Assembly: GCA_013265495.1 (NCBI GenBank)
Contig: MU058844.1
Location: 9,196,184 to 9,260,183, forward strand
DNA from: Vicugna vicugna
Taxonomy: Eukaryota
Length of the DNA: 64,000 bases
Direction of reading: 5' to 3'
The position numbers were made by a program, and so were the translations under genes. How positions within the stretch are numbered: position 1 is the stretch's first letter; every line of letters starts with the position of its first letter. Positions 13,001 through 27,352 of the stretch are shown one piece after another. The notes under the pieces are model-generated. The model did no database searches. It was not told the origin of the DNA and saw only the letters and a program-made list of their open reading frames with translations.

Positions 13001-14101
13001 GGGTTAACAGGCATTTTTATTATATATTTTTAACATATTACAGCTCACCACAATAATCAATTAATCAATTAGTAATAGGAAGTAATCAAATGCTTCATCT
13101 GGAGTTCATATATAATATTAATGATGGATTCCTAAGCAAGAAAGGCACATGTTCAAAATGAAACAATTTTATGTATATTTATATGTATACATTATATACA
13201 TATATAATGTGTGTGTGTAAGATCTATAAAATCTATGCATCTAAAGTACAGAGAATATATTTTCCAATATAATCTTGGCCAGGTATATTATCAATTTGAG
13301 ATTCAAAGAAAACACAAACTTGCTGTTCAATAACGAGTGATCTGATATTGGTTTTGTAAATGGATGTCAGGATCAGCAGTAGGGACAATGATTAAAGATG
13401 CATGTGTCAAGGCTCTTTACATCTTCTTGTTTTCAGAAACAACCATTGGTTGCCATTGAGATGTTTTGGTTTCATTAAAACCAGTAGTGATTATAAATGA
13501 AATTAAGTGTACTGCTGAATTTTACACCTTACATTGCTTTGTAGTGATGGAAGTCAACTTGCCTTGGAGGTTTCTTCAAATGAGAAGTAATGTAGTCGAG
13601 ACAAAACATGGACTCCTACGATAGCCCCTAGACCCAGAGAGCATGCGAAAATCAAGCACATCACTTGAATGGGGCTAAAAGGACCAGCTTTATCTTCTGC
13701 CTCTGTATACAGGCACTTTATCTACTATTGAAATAATAAGGGGAAGCAGGCAAGGCAGACCCCATAGGGCATGCTTGAATATGCATATTTGGGCCATTTT
13801 CTTGTTTAAGGGCTATTTGCTGATAATAAAATTCAGCTTCTTAGCCCATTAACATTTAATGTTTGAATTTTAGTGAATACGTGTTGGAGAAAATTATTTT
13901 TAGATGTCACTGTTTCATTTCTAATAAAATCAGTGGATGATTTGCATGTATTATTCAAAGGAGAAGGAATTCTGTTATTCTGTATTAATTCATGAAAAGC
14001 TTACGAAGGATTATGGGCTTTTTTTAAATACTGTCATTAAAAATAATCACTGCCATCTTTTCCCATTTTAGCTGACTCATAATCTTTGCTGTGTACTTCA
14101 G

Positions 14102-14183
14102 GCATGAACTTCTAGAAGAAGCTCGGAGGAAGGGATTACCTTTTGCCCAGTGGGATGGTCCCACTGTAGTCGCATGGCTAGAG
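14102..14183 (+). CDS. PPFIA2: Liprin-alpha-2 exon: (K)[27 protein letters not shown], start of SAM1; upstream exons lie outside the window
   Basis: cttcag|G acceptor, GAG|gtaaga donor; 82 nt, phase 2 to 0; peptide recognised as liprin-alpha. Confidence 0.96.
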
Positions 14184-14965
14184 GTAAGAGAATTAAACCA
14201 AAAGGCTCTTAAACCAATCCCTGCTAATTTGATAGTGTTTTTAGAGACAAGTAGAGACAGGTTCTTGATGTCCTAGTTTTCCAATAGTCTGAAATAGCTT
14301 ATAAAGGGAATACTTACTTTAACTTGGGACCTGTGGGCATTATTGTGATTTTACTCAGATGCTCTCTTGTGATTGTGGTAGAAGGAAACAGGCAGTGGGA
14401 TATAAAGAAATTTTGGTAAATTCCATCTTCTTCATGTCTAGAGTAAGTCAGAAGAAACAATTTTTGAGTGACAGTTCTGTCATTGCAAGAAAACATCTGT
14501 CCCAGTACATCAGTCCAGAGTCCTTCCTCACCAGCAGGTTAACAGAGAAGAGCCATCTCCGTATTTAACATGTTATCCAAGATATCACTGCCAAACTGAT
14601 TCCAAGAGAGCCACTTCTTTGCCTGCAGTGTAATCCCTGAACCTAATTCTCTAGAGCCTAGGGGCCAGCTAGGTTTAGACAATTGGAGTAATCCAGGAGA
14701 AGACATCTCCTTGTTCCCTCTGTGTCTAACCCGAATGTTTTAATAAAACAAGAACTACGTTCAGCGTTTCCTACACAACACAAGGGTCTGGAAAAATGAA
14801 TACCCGAGCAGCAGGAGCAGACTGGGACAGTGAAGGAAATACGTATTTGACCCCAGAGGGCCCCTTCATACCATGTGTCAGTAGTTTTCATCGCTCCTTC
14901 CATTCAGTTCTCTAATGTGGGCTGTTGGCAGCTGCTAGGATGTGCTGATGTCATAGCAAAGAATA

Positions 14966-15153
14966 CAGTCCGCCCTCCATATCCGTGGGTCCCACATCTG
15001 CGGATTCAACCAACTGCAGTTAGATCAGTGATGGAATCCGAGGATGAGGAACCTTCAGATACAGAGGGCCGACTGTAAGGGACTTGAGCATCTTTGGGTT
15101 TTGGTATGGGGCATCTTGGAAAGAAGTCTTCCAAGATACCAAGGGACAGACTG
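14966..15153. mobile_element. Tigger-derived MITE (MER2/MER2B-like)
   Basis: TA-CAGTCCGCCCTC ... GAGGGCCGACTG-TA inverted repeats, plus a further TIR-like end AAGGGACAGACTG at 15141-15153. Confidence 0.75.
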
Positions 15154-16324
15154 TGTGAGCTTTTCTTTCCTGCAGAAGCAATTAGAACACATTCTTTTAA
15201 TTGGCTTGGGATTATAAAATCACCCACCTTCATTATCATTTCACATCCAGAGCTAACAAAGTAATCAGTGAGGACATTTTAAATACCATTTAAGTTTTCA
15301 GAAATACTCTTGTACAGATAAATATGAAAATGTGCTTTGCATCATTTCCTGGACTGAGTGAAGGAAGCCTGTGTCTTGCTTTATTTTGTTCTCTCGAATC
15401 AGTCAGGGAATGTTTAGCTTATTAGTGATCAGAGCTGCTCTTCCATATCTGTCTTTAAAATGACTATATTTTAAAAATCAATTACAAGATAAAATGCTTA
15501 AGAAAGCCTGCCTCAAAACTGAGAGCAATTCTTTGTTCAGTTTCACTCCACTGAAGTAAGCTGCAGTTTGACAGTTAGCTACTATTTTGGCAAGTGATGA
15601 ACACATTCTTTATATTAAAAAAAAAACAGATTTACTGGGGTTCAGGGACTAGGAAATGACAGGTAATGAAGTTTGTACTAATTAAAACTATCCTGAGCAC
15701 ACAGAAATTGCTCCTAATGTGCTCCCTAAAGTGACTCAAATTATAAAATGGAATAAACAAGTTGAATGAGCTGGCTGATGCAGTGAATGAGAGCTCTTAA
15801 CTTTCACCTCCTTTAGCATCTTCTTGAGGGCACAGCCCACTAAGAGTGATGTGTAGGAATAATTCTGATGCTTCACACACCATCTATCCACATCAAAAAC
15901 TTTTAAAAAGTCTAATCAAGGATGACTTTGGTAACAATGTATCGGCGAGCATTTGGGTGATGTTAACCTGTGTGGAAACGCAAATATCTTAGCACAGAGA
16001 AGGCAACACTCACTAGGGTCCGGTGAAGGTATGTTTTGGTGTTTGGTTGTTTTGAACAATTCGAGTTTATAAACTATGAAGTTAGGTTCCATGTTCTCTC
16101 ATATATAATCACATCTGTCACGACAAGGTCAACTCCTTGTGCCTCACCTGTGGGGGATCCTGTCAACTCTTCAGTCATACGCGGTACCTGGGTACCCTCC
16201 CTCCTCTTTCTTCTCTCAGTCACTGCCCAGGCCACCTTGACTGAAAGATTTGGCTTTTTGTTTGTTTCCTCTACAGAAGCAAACAACTGTTTAATATGGC
16301 AGAATTTTTTAAATTAAAAAAAAA

Positions 16325-16835
16325 TCTGTTAATTTGTTACATGATAATAAGTAACTATCCCCAAACTTAGCTTTTATTTTCCTCATGGCTTCTGTGAGTC
16401 AGGAGCTGGACATGGCTTAGCTACCACCCCTGTCCGAAGTCTCCCCGAGGCTGCAGGCACCGTGTCAGCTGGGGTGGCAGTCATCTCAAGGCTTGGCCTG
16501 GGGAACATCCAGCTCCAGGCTGACTCAGTTCCTTGGAGTTGCTGGCCAGGCACATCTGTTCCTGTCCACGTGGCATCTCACAGTACTGCTCACAGCGTGG
16601 CAGCTGGCTTCCCCCGGAGCGAGAGCTCGGAGAAGACATGGGGGGAGAGGACTGGCAGGAATGAAGCCGCAGTCTGTTTTGCAACGTCATCTGGAAAGTG
16701 ATACTCATCACTTCTATCGTAGTCTTTTCGTTAAAATTAGTCACTGGGTCCAGCCCAGACTTAAAGGAAGAGGATTATGCAGGACAGGTTATCAGGAAGT
16801 GAGATCATCGGGAGCTGGCTTGGGAGAGGCTTAAC
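16325..16835. mobile_element. MaLR solo LTR (MLT1-type)
   Basis: ccccaaacttagc...ctcatggcttctgtgagtcaggag...ggcagtcatctcaaggctt...gggtccagcccagact pattern. Confidence 0.75.
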
Positions 16836-16864
16836 ACAATTATCATAGAAATAATAAAGCTGAA

Positions 16865-16980
16865 TCCCTTCACTTTACAAATGAGGAAAGTAAGGCTGAG
16901 GTTTAGAGGACTTGTAAAACTCACCAATGACTGGGAAGGAAAGACAGCCCAGGCTTTTGATTCTTAGTCCAGAGCCCTTG
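16865..16980 (-). mobile_element. MIR fragment
   Basis: ctttacaaatgaggaaa...tgaggtttagaggacttg core. Confidence 0.6.
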
Positions 16981-17381
16981 ACATCGAATACTGCCGATTT
17001 ACAGTTTTTCTTTGTTCTCTTACTCTCTCTTTTTCTTACTCTCATGCTCTCTCTCCTTTCACTCAATCTATTCACATCAACAAATAAAACAGCCAAAAAA
17101 AAATCAGTATTTTGGACATTTAAAGACCAAGATCTAAACTGCTCACTTGCATGTGCCCTGCTTCCTACTCAAAGCTAATGAGGTGGTGGGGGAGGGGAGA
17201 GGGATGGAAAGACTGTTCCTTATTTAAGTGTCAGTAATTCAGATGCTACAGCACGGTGCGTGTGAGTCGGTGTTCACCCCGTGCTTCGATGTGTGCCAGA
17301 CATGTGCTGTGCTCGTTGCTCTACCAATTCAGTTGTCTTTCCAGAGCCTCACAGCAAGGTTGAAAAACAGAATCCCTAGTT

Positions 17382-17461
17382 TCTTTTTTTTTTTTAATTG
17401 AAGTTTAGTTGATTAACAATGTTGTGTTAGTTTCTGGTGTAAAGCATAGTGATTCAATTAG
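17382..17461 (-). mobile_element. Short 5'-truncated L1 3' end with poly-A tail
   Basis: T-run followed by aattgaagtttagttgattaacaatgttgtgttagtttctggtgta; imperfect flanking duplication gaatccctagtt / gagtccctaagtt. Confidence 0.7.
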
Positions 17462-17879
17462 GAGTCCCTAAGTTCTAACGCATGATTTATTTTGTTACTC
17501 TCTTTAGCTAAAGTCTTCCAGATGTTTATAACGTTAGCCTCTTCCATTAGCCCATCACTTCATTCTCCAAAAACTATTTTCACATTTAGCATCTAATTGA
17601 GTTCATCTGACTGTCACAGTGTAGCCAAGTAGATGGAAAGTGTGGCTTCACCACACTACAGCCCGTGATCAAAATCACAGAGTCTTTCTGTGACAGAATT
17701 TCTTTGTACTCACTATTCTAAAAGATAATTATAAATTGAAGTCATACATTAAACAAATACTGATCGTGTCTTTACCAAATGCAGTTGTGGCTGGTTTTCC
17801 TGTCCTCAAACCCAGGAGGGGATTGGTGTGGTGCAGCTATTATTTTTTTTTATCCCTAATAATATAAATTAGTTTTTAA

Positions 17880-18435
<556 letters not shown>

Positions 18436-19899
18436 TGAATTATTGTGAGGAGATTTAACTTGCTCTTCATTAACCTTGATGCTACTTTTAATTCTCCTAT
18501 CAGAAGTGAAAGCTGCAACCAAGATAGACTTTGAACTAGTCACTAAAGTTTAGATTTTTCTCCCAAGCAACAAGACCATGAGTTTACTCTTTTTTAGGAT
18601 GTCTCTCTCTTTTTTTTTTCTTTTTAATGCAATCCAGCATCTCAGGAGATGAGCTGGAGCTGAAGATATAATACAAAACTCACTACTGCTGAAGCAGTTT
18701 TCATAATTATGAAAGTACATAGATATTTAATGTTTTATAAATACCAGGTGGAATACCTTCTTTCAAAATCTGTTTACCTTTTATAAATCCCTATTCCTCT
18801 CATAATTTTGTCCTTTTCTTAATATTAGGAAAGAACAAAATGTCTAAAAAGGCATGCCAGATGACACATTCAAACACTAAGAAAAACTCCTAAATAATAT
18901 TAATTCTTTCTTTACTCCTTTCCCAAATTATATCTTTTGCTGATAAAGGATATGATTTCTAATGTTAGCTGGATTTTTCTGTTCCTGTGTCTTATATATA
19001 ATGATAAAATATTGAAGAATGAGGTAAATTTAAATAGTAGATTAAAGAAAAGTATTTATTGTAGTTTTCAGGCACAAAGCTAGTTTGGGTATAGCTTTTT
19101 ATACATGGTCTTAAACATGGAACATAAATTAGAGAATTTTCTTCATTTTTATTGCATATATCCTTAAATTCCTTACCAGTATACTAGATTCTGTTGCTAG
19201 AAATACAAGGTCAAATTTATAAAGCTTTTATATTTCTTGTGAAATTCCATTTTAACTTCTTCCTAAGTAACATGTAGGAAAACATATATACTTTAACAAA
19301 TTCTTATATATAACTTGTGTAACATTTTTAAGTGTGTATAAATGTATATTGTTCTAAAATATTACTAATGTTAAAAAACAATTCAGAATATGTTAAAAAT
19401 AAAAACTGAGTAAGTCATTAAAATACTTTATGTAATCTGAATTAAGATGTGATGATGGATTTCCTGCATAACTCCCAACTAAGAGTGTCATGACTAGTTT
19501 ATGTCAGCACTTTCCTCCCAAGAGCAAATTTGGACAAAAATATTTAAAATTCCTAATCTTGGAAAAGTAAGAGCAATAGATGTCTCAACTTTAAGATGAA
19601 AAATAGAGTACAATTTATTGTTTCTACTTAGTACCCTAACCTATTATTTCTTAAAGGAAAATAGAATAATTAACACTATTTTTTCTAAAAATGTCTAAGC
19701 AAACTGAAGGAACTTAAATCAGAAACTATTAAAGGTAAGAGTGCACTCAGTTGTTCGAAGAACACTCAAATGTGAGGAGAGCTTATGAACTTCTTCCTGA
19801 TCTAGTCTCATTTCACCTCAAAGGTTTTACTCCTTCCGGTCAGGATCCCAACATTGCAGAACTACTTTAAGTTTTCTAGATTTCTATGATTTTTGGTTG

Positions 19900-20225
19900 A
19901 TTAATAGCTTTTTCAATTGCTCTTCCCTTTGCTTGGAACATTCTCTTCACACCAGGACCACCATCCTTCCCCAGCCCATCCTTTATCTAGTGATTCCTGA
20001 ATGTCCTTCCTCTAAAAAGTTTTCATGAAGCCCCAAAGTCTGGGTTGGCTTCCCTTTCCAAGTTACCACTCTGTATACTTATAAAACTTATTTTATCATT
20101 GTCTCTTCTTGATTCATCCCACACTAAGCCAGGCAGGTATATTATCAGGTTTTCCGTAGTCTCCAGTCCTTAACTCAGTGCCTGGCAAATTGTAGATAGT
20201 AAATGTGCATCTTAAAATCATGACT
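19900..20225 (+). mobile_element. L2 3' end
   Basis: ttgcttggaacattctc...cagtgcctggcaaattgtagatag. Confidence 0.6.
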
Positions 20226-20459
20226 GCGCAAGTCATTCTACCCACCAGTACAGAGGATATGAAATATGTATGGCCCTGACTTCAGAGAGGGCACCTGTAC
20301 TAAGAAAAGGAAGACGTGTTCACCTGTAGGTTTAATAGAAGAAAACGTAGTTTAATTCCTAAATGTGAGATAGAAGCAGAGTGTGGTGGAATTCCAAGGA
20401 AGCAGAAATCAGTTCTGGTTGAATAAGTCTTCAAAGAGGAATTAACATTTGAAAGACAG

Positions 20460-21125
20460 GTAATATATTGTTAATTAATTTTCAAAATTATAAACATTTT
20501 CACTGTTAACTTTTTGATAGAGACCTTTCCATATGATTTTCTTTCTCATTTTATAAAGATGAATTATTTTCACATAATATTTTATCTTGTACTTTTAGAA
20601 CTTAGTAATATAGCATGAACACTTTCCTCATTTTATTAAATGTGCAATTGACATTTTTATCACTGCATAGCTCTCTTTAATGAAAATACCATAATTTATT
20701 TAATCAAGTCCCCAACATTGGACATTTTACTTATTTCATAATTTTCATTGTATTTATAATACCATAGTGGATTTGCATGTAGTCATGTTATTGCATTAAG
20801 TGTGGTTATTTCCATGCAATATTTGTATATAGGGCATTTATAGTCTTAGTACTTTTAAACCTTATTTGCCAAATTGTATTGTGTAGTCTTTTTTCTTTCC
20901 TTGGTCAGTGTTAATTATTCCATTGCTTAAATTTACATTTTAAAAGTTAGTAGTAAATTTAAATTTTTTTTCATATGCTTATTTATTTTAGCATTTAAAA
21001 GAATTACCTATTCGTAACTTTTTCCATTTTTCTATAGCATTATAAGAATGATCATCTTTTTACTAACGTGTAAAAGCTCTTTGTTCACAGAGGACATATG
21101 CCCTTTGCCAAATATTGGTGCAAGT
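20460..21125 (-). mobile_element. Old L1 (L1ME-like) fragment
   Basis: AT-rich degenerate L1 3' region (ccataatttatttaatcaagtcccc...ggacattt). Confidence 0.55.
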
Positions 21126-22374
21126 TACATAAGAGATAAGTTGTCTCTATTTGCTTTAAAAATTATCTACTGAGTACTTTTTACTTCTTTTACTCCATCA
21201 AGATTGGAAGTATTTACTTATTTTTAATATACTTCAAATCTGATTTGCTTTGCAAAAAGGTTACCTATGAATTTCTAGTAATTAATCCGCTACATAAAGT
21301 GAAGATTAAAACATTTTAAAGTCATCACCTAAAATTATATATTAGGATTCACACTTTGCAAATGCAAAATGGGCTTTTTCTTTTTTAAAGAAATGTTATC
21401 GTGTCTCCTAGAACACTGCAGATAGTTCCAATTATACAGAATTGTCTTGTGTGTTTAGGTTTGAGTTTGAATTCCTAAACCAAGTATATCTTGTTCATTC
21501 ACTCAAGTTCTAAGAAGAAAAAAACAAGATACTTAGACTTTTTTTTTGTTTTAACTAAACAGAACTCTGATTCTGCCTCCTGTTCTGTCTAGATGAAATG
21601 CGCTAAACCACCAAAAGGAAAATCTAATGTTTACATTTATTATTTCTTTGAGCCGGCTCTAGTCTTGCAGCTTTCTGTTTCTTATTCCTAAACTACTGCT
21701 ACTGTAGAGGGCGTCTTACATAACAGAATAGAGATGGCGCTCTCCGGTAATTGAAAGATTTAGTTAAAGAGGGGTGTCATAAGTAATAAGTCAATTCTTT
21801 AAATATTTTAAGTAAAAAATACATAACTGTTCAGGCACTTACAAATTTAGATAAAATACCTGGGGCTTTTCTTTGAGTACAGCTCCAGTGCCTGGAGTTT
21901 CATATTATCTTTATTTGATAACTTCATCCATTAAACATCTTCAACTTTTTTAGTTTGAGTTTCTTTTTAAAGAGATAACTTGAAGATCCTCAGAAAGCTG
22001 TGTGAGTGCGGAATCCTCTTCGGTATTCAAAATTTCCTCCCCAAACTTTGACAAAGTTGTGTCTCACTGATAATGTGGTTGAAGATTTTCCTTGATCTCG
22101 TCTTCCAAATAATTCAACCTAGTGTTCACACATGAGCCAAATTTCTTTTATTTTTGGTTTTATGTAATATTTATTTAAATAGCCTAATTTTAGAAAGTAC
22201 AGTGAAAATAAATGGGAACAAATATAAATGATCTTTGGGAAATATAATTCAGCAAATTTGAGCAGACTTGTAAGGCATAAGGTAAGTGTGAGCACTATGT
22301 ACAGGGGAAATAGAGAACATTTATTAGACTAGATTTACTTGGGTAGAGATTGCTTAACAAAATTTCTAATGAAA

Positions 22375-22600
22375 TTATGGTAACAGCCAACATCAGTGGA
22401 ATACTAAGTGTCAGAACCTGTTCTGAGTGCTTTACATGCAATAACTCATTTAAACTCATGACAACACTATAAGATGGGTACCTTTATGATATCTGTTTTA
22501 CAGATGAGAAAAACTGATAAACAGAGAGGTCAATTGATTTTTCTAATGCCACAGCCCCAGGTGGTTTTGCCCCATAGTCTATGCTCCTAACAAGTGCACT
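22375..22600 (-). mobile_element. MIR SINE
   Basis: gttctgagtgctttacatgc...tgttttacagatgagaaaactga. Confidence 0.82.
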
Positions 22601-23184
22601 CTGCTGCTGCCTACACTCTGCGAGTTTTCATTCTTTTTTCCAGCATTCTTCCAATCTGCTCTGGTTCCCTTTTTCATTATTACTAGCCTCCTAAGCCTCA
22701 ACCTTTAATGTAAATAAGGTGAAATATAATTGTGTAAAACTAGCCTTATTACAATGAGAAATAATTTTCCTCTTATTATGCTGAGATACATAAATTCAGA
22801 TAAGGGAGAAATGTGGGGTCTAGGTTATTTTGAATATGAAAACTAAATTTCAAATTAATTTACTTTATAACTCAATTATAAAGTAAAAAATACTTCAGAA
22901 TGATCTATGTAGTAACAGAAGTTACTTCCAGCTAGGTGAAGTTTAGGATTATTCTGAGGTCTAGCTGCTTTACTTATTTTGTATTTCTGACAGCAAGAGA
23001 GTTAATTATTTTCCCCCAATAAATTTTCATGAAGTTATCCCTTAAACTCTTTTTAATATTTATTTTTATATCGTAACTCTCTCCAAAATGATTTAATTAG
23101 GTAAGTGCTTTAATTCTTGGCATCCTTTAGGAATTTTCCTTCTAGATTTCATTTGATAATACTATCTGAACATTCTACTTCATC

Positions 23185-23341
23185 GAGACTAAGGTGAGGC
23201 TAGCAGGGCCCCTCAAATACAGAATTTAAGGAGGCATTCACTGTTAGTACTAATCTTGCACTTGCATGGTCCTGAAAGTGAGTGCTTCCTTAAATTTAGC
23301 CCCCTTAACACCTCACCTACCTCATCCTAGTCCCAGTCCCG
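23185..23341. mobile_element. Palindromic hAT MITE (MER96-like)
   Basis: outer arms GACTAAGGTGAGG / CCTCATCCTAGTC; inner arms 23223-23242 and 23277-23296. Confidence 0.7.
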
Positions 23342-26038
23342 TATCAGAATATATCACATCATAATTGTATATTATCAGTATTGTTCTTAGTAGGAGTATA
23401 TAGTCTTAGCCTACTTAACAGATGTAGAATCTAAAATGTAGAAAGGTTTAGGAAATGTCCTAGGGTAGTTACTGAGAAGTGGTGTTGCTAGAACTCAAAC
23501 CTCTTGATTGTAATTTGGTAAATTTCCAGATAGTTAAAATTTTAGAAATCATCTGCTAGACTCAGATGGTATTTGACACACACACACACAAATGTCTACC
23601 AGGGGTTGCAGCATAGACTGCCAAGGGCAGTGAGTAAATGATTTTCAAGTGGCTCTTAGAAAACCACAACCACATATGATTCTTGTCTTTTATGCTTTTC
23701 AAAGCTGTTTTTTGCACTTCATTCTCAGACCCAAGGCACCGGTGTCCTTGGTTGCTCACAGCATCCCACTCCAGCTATTCTCTAAGATGCACTCTTTGCT
23801 GAAATGCTCTAAATCACCCCTTTAATGACTTCCCCAGGAAGTTCCGTCACTTAAACTAGTAGTGAAAAGAAAGAATTCTGAATAATTGACTTACTACACA
23901 TGGGCTTGCTTATAAAACGAATTTGTCAAAACCTCAGCCCATGCTGAATTGATTGGGTTGTGTGGAAGTCATTCTGTGGATTATTTTACAAGGTTCTACA
24001 ACAGGCAGTTCTTTTCACAAGTATAACTGCAGAGTGAAAATGAACAACTAACCTACATCTTTGGAAAATTTGCCAACCATGCTTTAGAAAATTGCCCTGG
24101 ATGTATACTCATTTTGCATGTAAAGATATAGATAAAATCTTAGCTTCCAGCATTCTGCTTACCCCAGAGTTTGGTGATAGACGAGCAAAAACAGACTTTA
24201 ACCTATGAAAGAGATTATATATACATATATGTATTCCAGCATGAGGTAATACTGGTCAATTTACTTATAGAAGAAAGGAAATCTTCATTATTTGGATTCA
24301 CAATCAAGGTAGAATCTAGAGAAATCGTTATAGAAAACAAGTCTGGCTTAAATGAATTTCCTCTCAGGTAATAGCCACTGAAGCTCACTTGGAACAAACT
24401 ACAGCTACTCAGGCAAAGCACTGTCATCACAGTGTAAATGGTGGGATATGAGAGATGAGTGGGATGTTCTCTTTAGCATAGTGCACTCCTCACAAAGCCA
24501 ATAAAAGCAATTTCTGCCAAATGATTTAATGATTCACATATTCATATGCAACTTTCTGTTCATAATGAGCACCATTTCCAGAATCTGAGAACAGAAGAGA
24601 GAGACTTTTAATGACATGGATGATTGCTGTATTCTGTATCTATTTTACAGGTGTGCACAGTTTTATCTTAAAGGAAAAATTCAGATATCCTCAAAATTCC
24701 AAAACAGTAGGAGAATTCTATACATAATGTATGATGCTTATCATTTGGGGTTTGTATACCCATATGATTTATTTATAATTATGAATATTTACCACTCAAC
24801 TCCCTCTTGTTACTCAAATATATGTGTATATGAATAATTCTCTTATACATGAGATTTATCTCATATTAAACTATAGTCGATTTAGTTTCTATGTAGTTAT
24901 TTTTTAAATTATATTAAATTGCATTATTTATAATAGAAGATAAGCCAACATGGTACTTACTATGTGTTAATAGAAAAGACCAGAGAGAATTATGGGGATG
25001 ACTTATGTCAGGGTATCAACTTTACTATTCCAACTCTTTAAAACTAGACCCCTTACAAAACAAGTAGCAAGCAATACGTAAGATACAAATTCCACCGTAA
25101 CTGTAGATCGATGTTCTTGGACAACGTTGTAATGTTCATAAAGATTTCCCGGTGAAATGGTGGAATTTCATGGAAAGTGGTTCCCAGTGATCTGTATGTT
25201 ACTAAGTGGACTTTGGTTTAGAAATTGTATGTAATTCAGTGTATAAAACAAATATCATGGGTCGTTTTATTTAATAAGCAAATGACACTTTATAATAAAA
25301 TAGTGCCTGCTATAGGGAAAATCTCCTTTTACATCATGTTCTTCTCTGTAATGGTGTAGGTTGCTGATGAAAAATCAGGTTTTGTGACTTCTGACAATAT
25401 TTAGTGGAAAATACCTTTTATGAAATCAAAAATAGCATTTCACTTTTTTTTTCTCTATAAGAATATAGGAAAACAACATTTACTGAACTGTAAAAGGAAG
25501 AGGTCATGTGCAAAAAGCTGATGTTGGTTTCCAGACAGGTTATAATAGTGCTTTCCGCTTTGGGTATTGACAAGCATTTTTTTCTTTCTAAGGACACTGA
25601 AGAATCAAAACTTTGTGAACAATATATTGGTAATAACACAACAAAATACATGTACCTTTGTTTACTGAAGAAAAAAATACATTCTTCTACAGATGAAATT
25701 TATTCTGTTTTCCATGGTTCAAAAAGATGGATCCAATAGCCTCTTACCTTTGAAATGCAAATTTTGATTAAGCCTTTTTCCTGATTAATAATTGCAGTAC
25801 AGAAGTATCATTTAAAATCTGTCCCACGAGTGTCACAGCATGCCTCTTTCTATTTAATCTTTTTAAGTAGAAGGAAAAGGGAGCTGTGAGTACACCAGCA
25901 ATGCTATCGCTCATGCATGCTGTAGAAGCCAGAGCTGTCGTGTTACTGTGGTGCTAACTCACAGTGGTGCTGCCTTTCTTCTTTACCACTGCTTCCGTCC
26001 CACGGATCCCACTGCTCCCCTGTGGGCCTCCTCACTAG

Positions 26039-26101
26039 CCTTCAGGCAACGTTTGGGTGACCCATGAAGAGATGGAAAATCTTGCAGCTCCAGCAAAAAC
26101 G
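26039..26101 (+). CDS. PPFIA2: Liprin-alpha-2 exon: PSGNVWVTHEEMENLAAPAKT (SAM1-SAM2 insertion with the VWV motif)
   Basis: cactag| acceptor, ACG|gttagt donor; 63 nt, phase 0-0; translated by hand, absent from ORF track. Confidence 0.94.
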
Positions 26102-27352
26102 GTTAGTCTTTATGGCTTTGTTGAACATGAAGAAAAGTTATTTTGCTGCTCTTTGGATGAAGGAAGCTATTTTGTTGACGATAGATCAGAGTAATGGAGT
26201 TATGTTTACATAGTGATATGCAGTGATAACTAATACTTTTCATTATGGTTTTATTTCACTGCACTGAGACATTTTTAAATGAAGCAGTACTAGATTGTCA
26301 TGATATGGTTAATATAAGAATTTGTAATATACAAATAATAAGAATTTAATGACACTTACCCATTTTGCAACATTGGAAATTTTTGATAACAAATATCACT
26401 TTATATTGGACATATTCACAGTTAATGCATGTTACCAAGCCCAGTTAAACTTATAATAGAAAGTTTAGATTGAATACTTATTTTAAATATAATCATTTAT
26501 TTTCTTGTACTTTATCATCTCAGATACAGAGCTTCCTCCTCCTACCCCCATGCAAAGTGTTCTGTTCATTTCACATTCAAAGCACAGGCTTAAAGAAATT
26601 CGTGGTGACTCTGATTGTAATTGTCAGTTCTTGAAAGTATAATATTGTATATAGTCATTTTTCATTTAAAGTAACAAAGTTGGGCATGACATGCATTTTA
26701 TTCTTAGCAACTTCTTTTAATCTCCTTTCAGTTGTACCCCTATTTGAAAAATCGATTGCCTAGCTCTTGATGAATAAAAATGCCAGTGTCATGTGCTAAT
26801 TGCATTTCTAGTTTAGTCTGTTGTGCATGGTCTTTGCCTTGTTTAGTTTTGTTTGTTGTTGGTTGTTGTTGAAATCTATTTGCCATAAATCTTTGCTAGA
26901 AGGAGAAGTTACTTTGTCCACTTCATTAATTTATGTAAGATTTCTCCATCACATGTATGTATGTATGTATACGCATTTGTGTATTGTATGTTTGTATGTA
27001 TATAATCAGAAATTTTTATTATTACTCATTACATTTGGAAAATTCCACCTTTAAGAATTGAAGAAGGTTTAGAATGGCTAGAGCAAATGTATCATGAAAA
27101 TTCCGTATGTCATATGTGTATGTGTTTAATTAGAACTGACTAGAAACTACGTAGATGCCTTGGTAGTTGCCCTTGAACTGCTGAACTGATTACTGTGGAT
27201 CTGAATAAGGAGCTGTGTGTTTATCTGCCTGTGTCTTAATTAACATTTTTAATAACAAACAATTTTGCTTCTAGTGGAAAAAATTTACTACATTAATTTG
27301 AGATTAATTTGTATTTATCTGCTTTATTAATCATTTCCTGCTGCTAACACAG

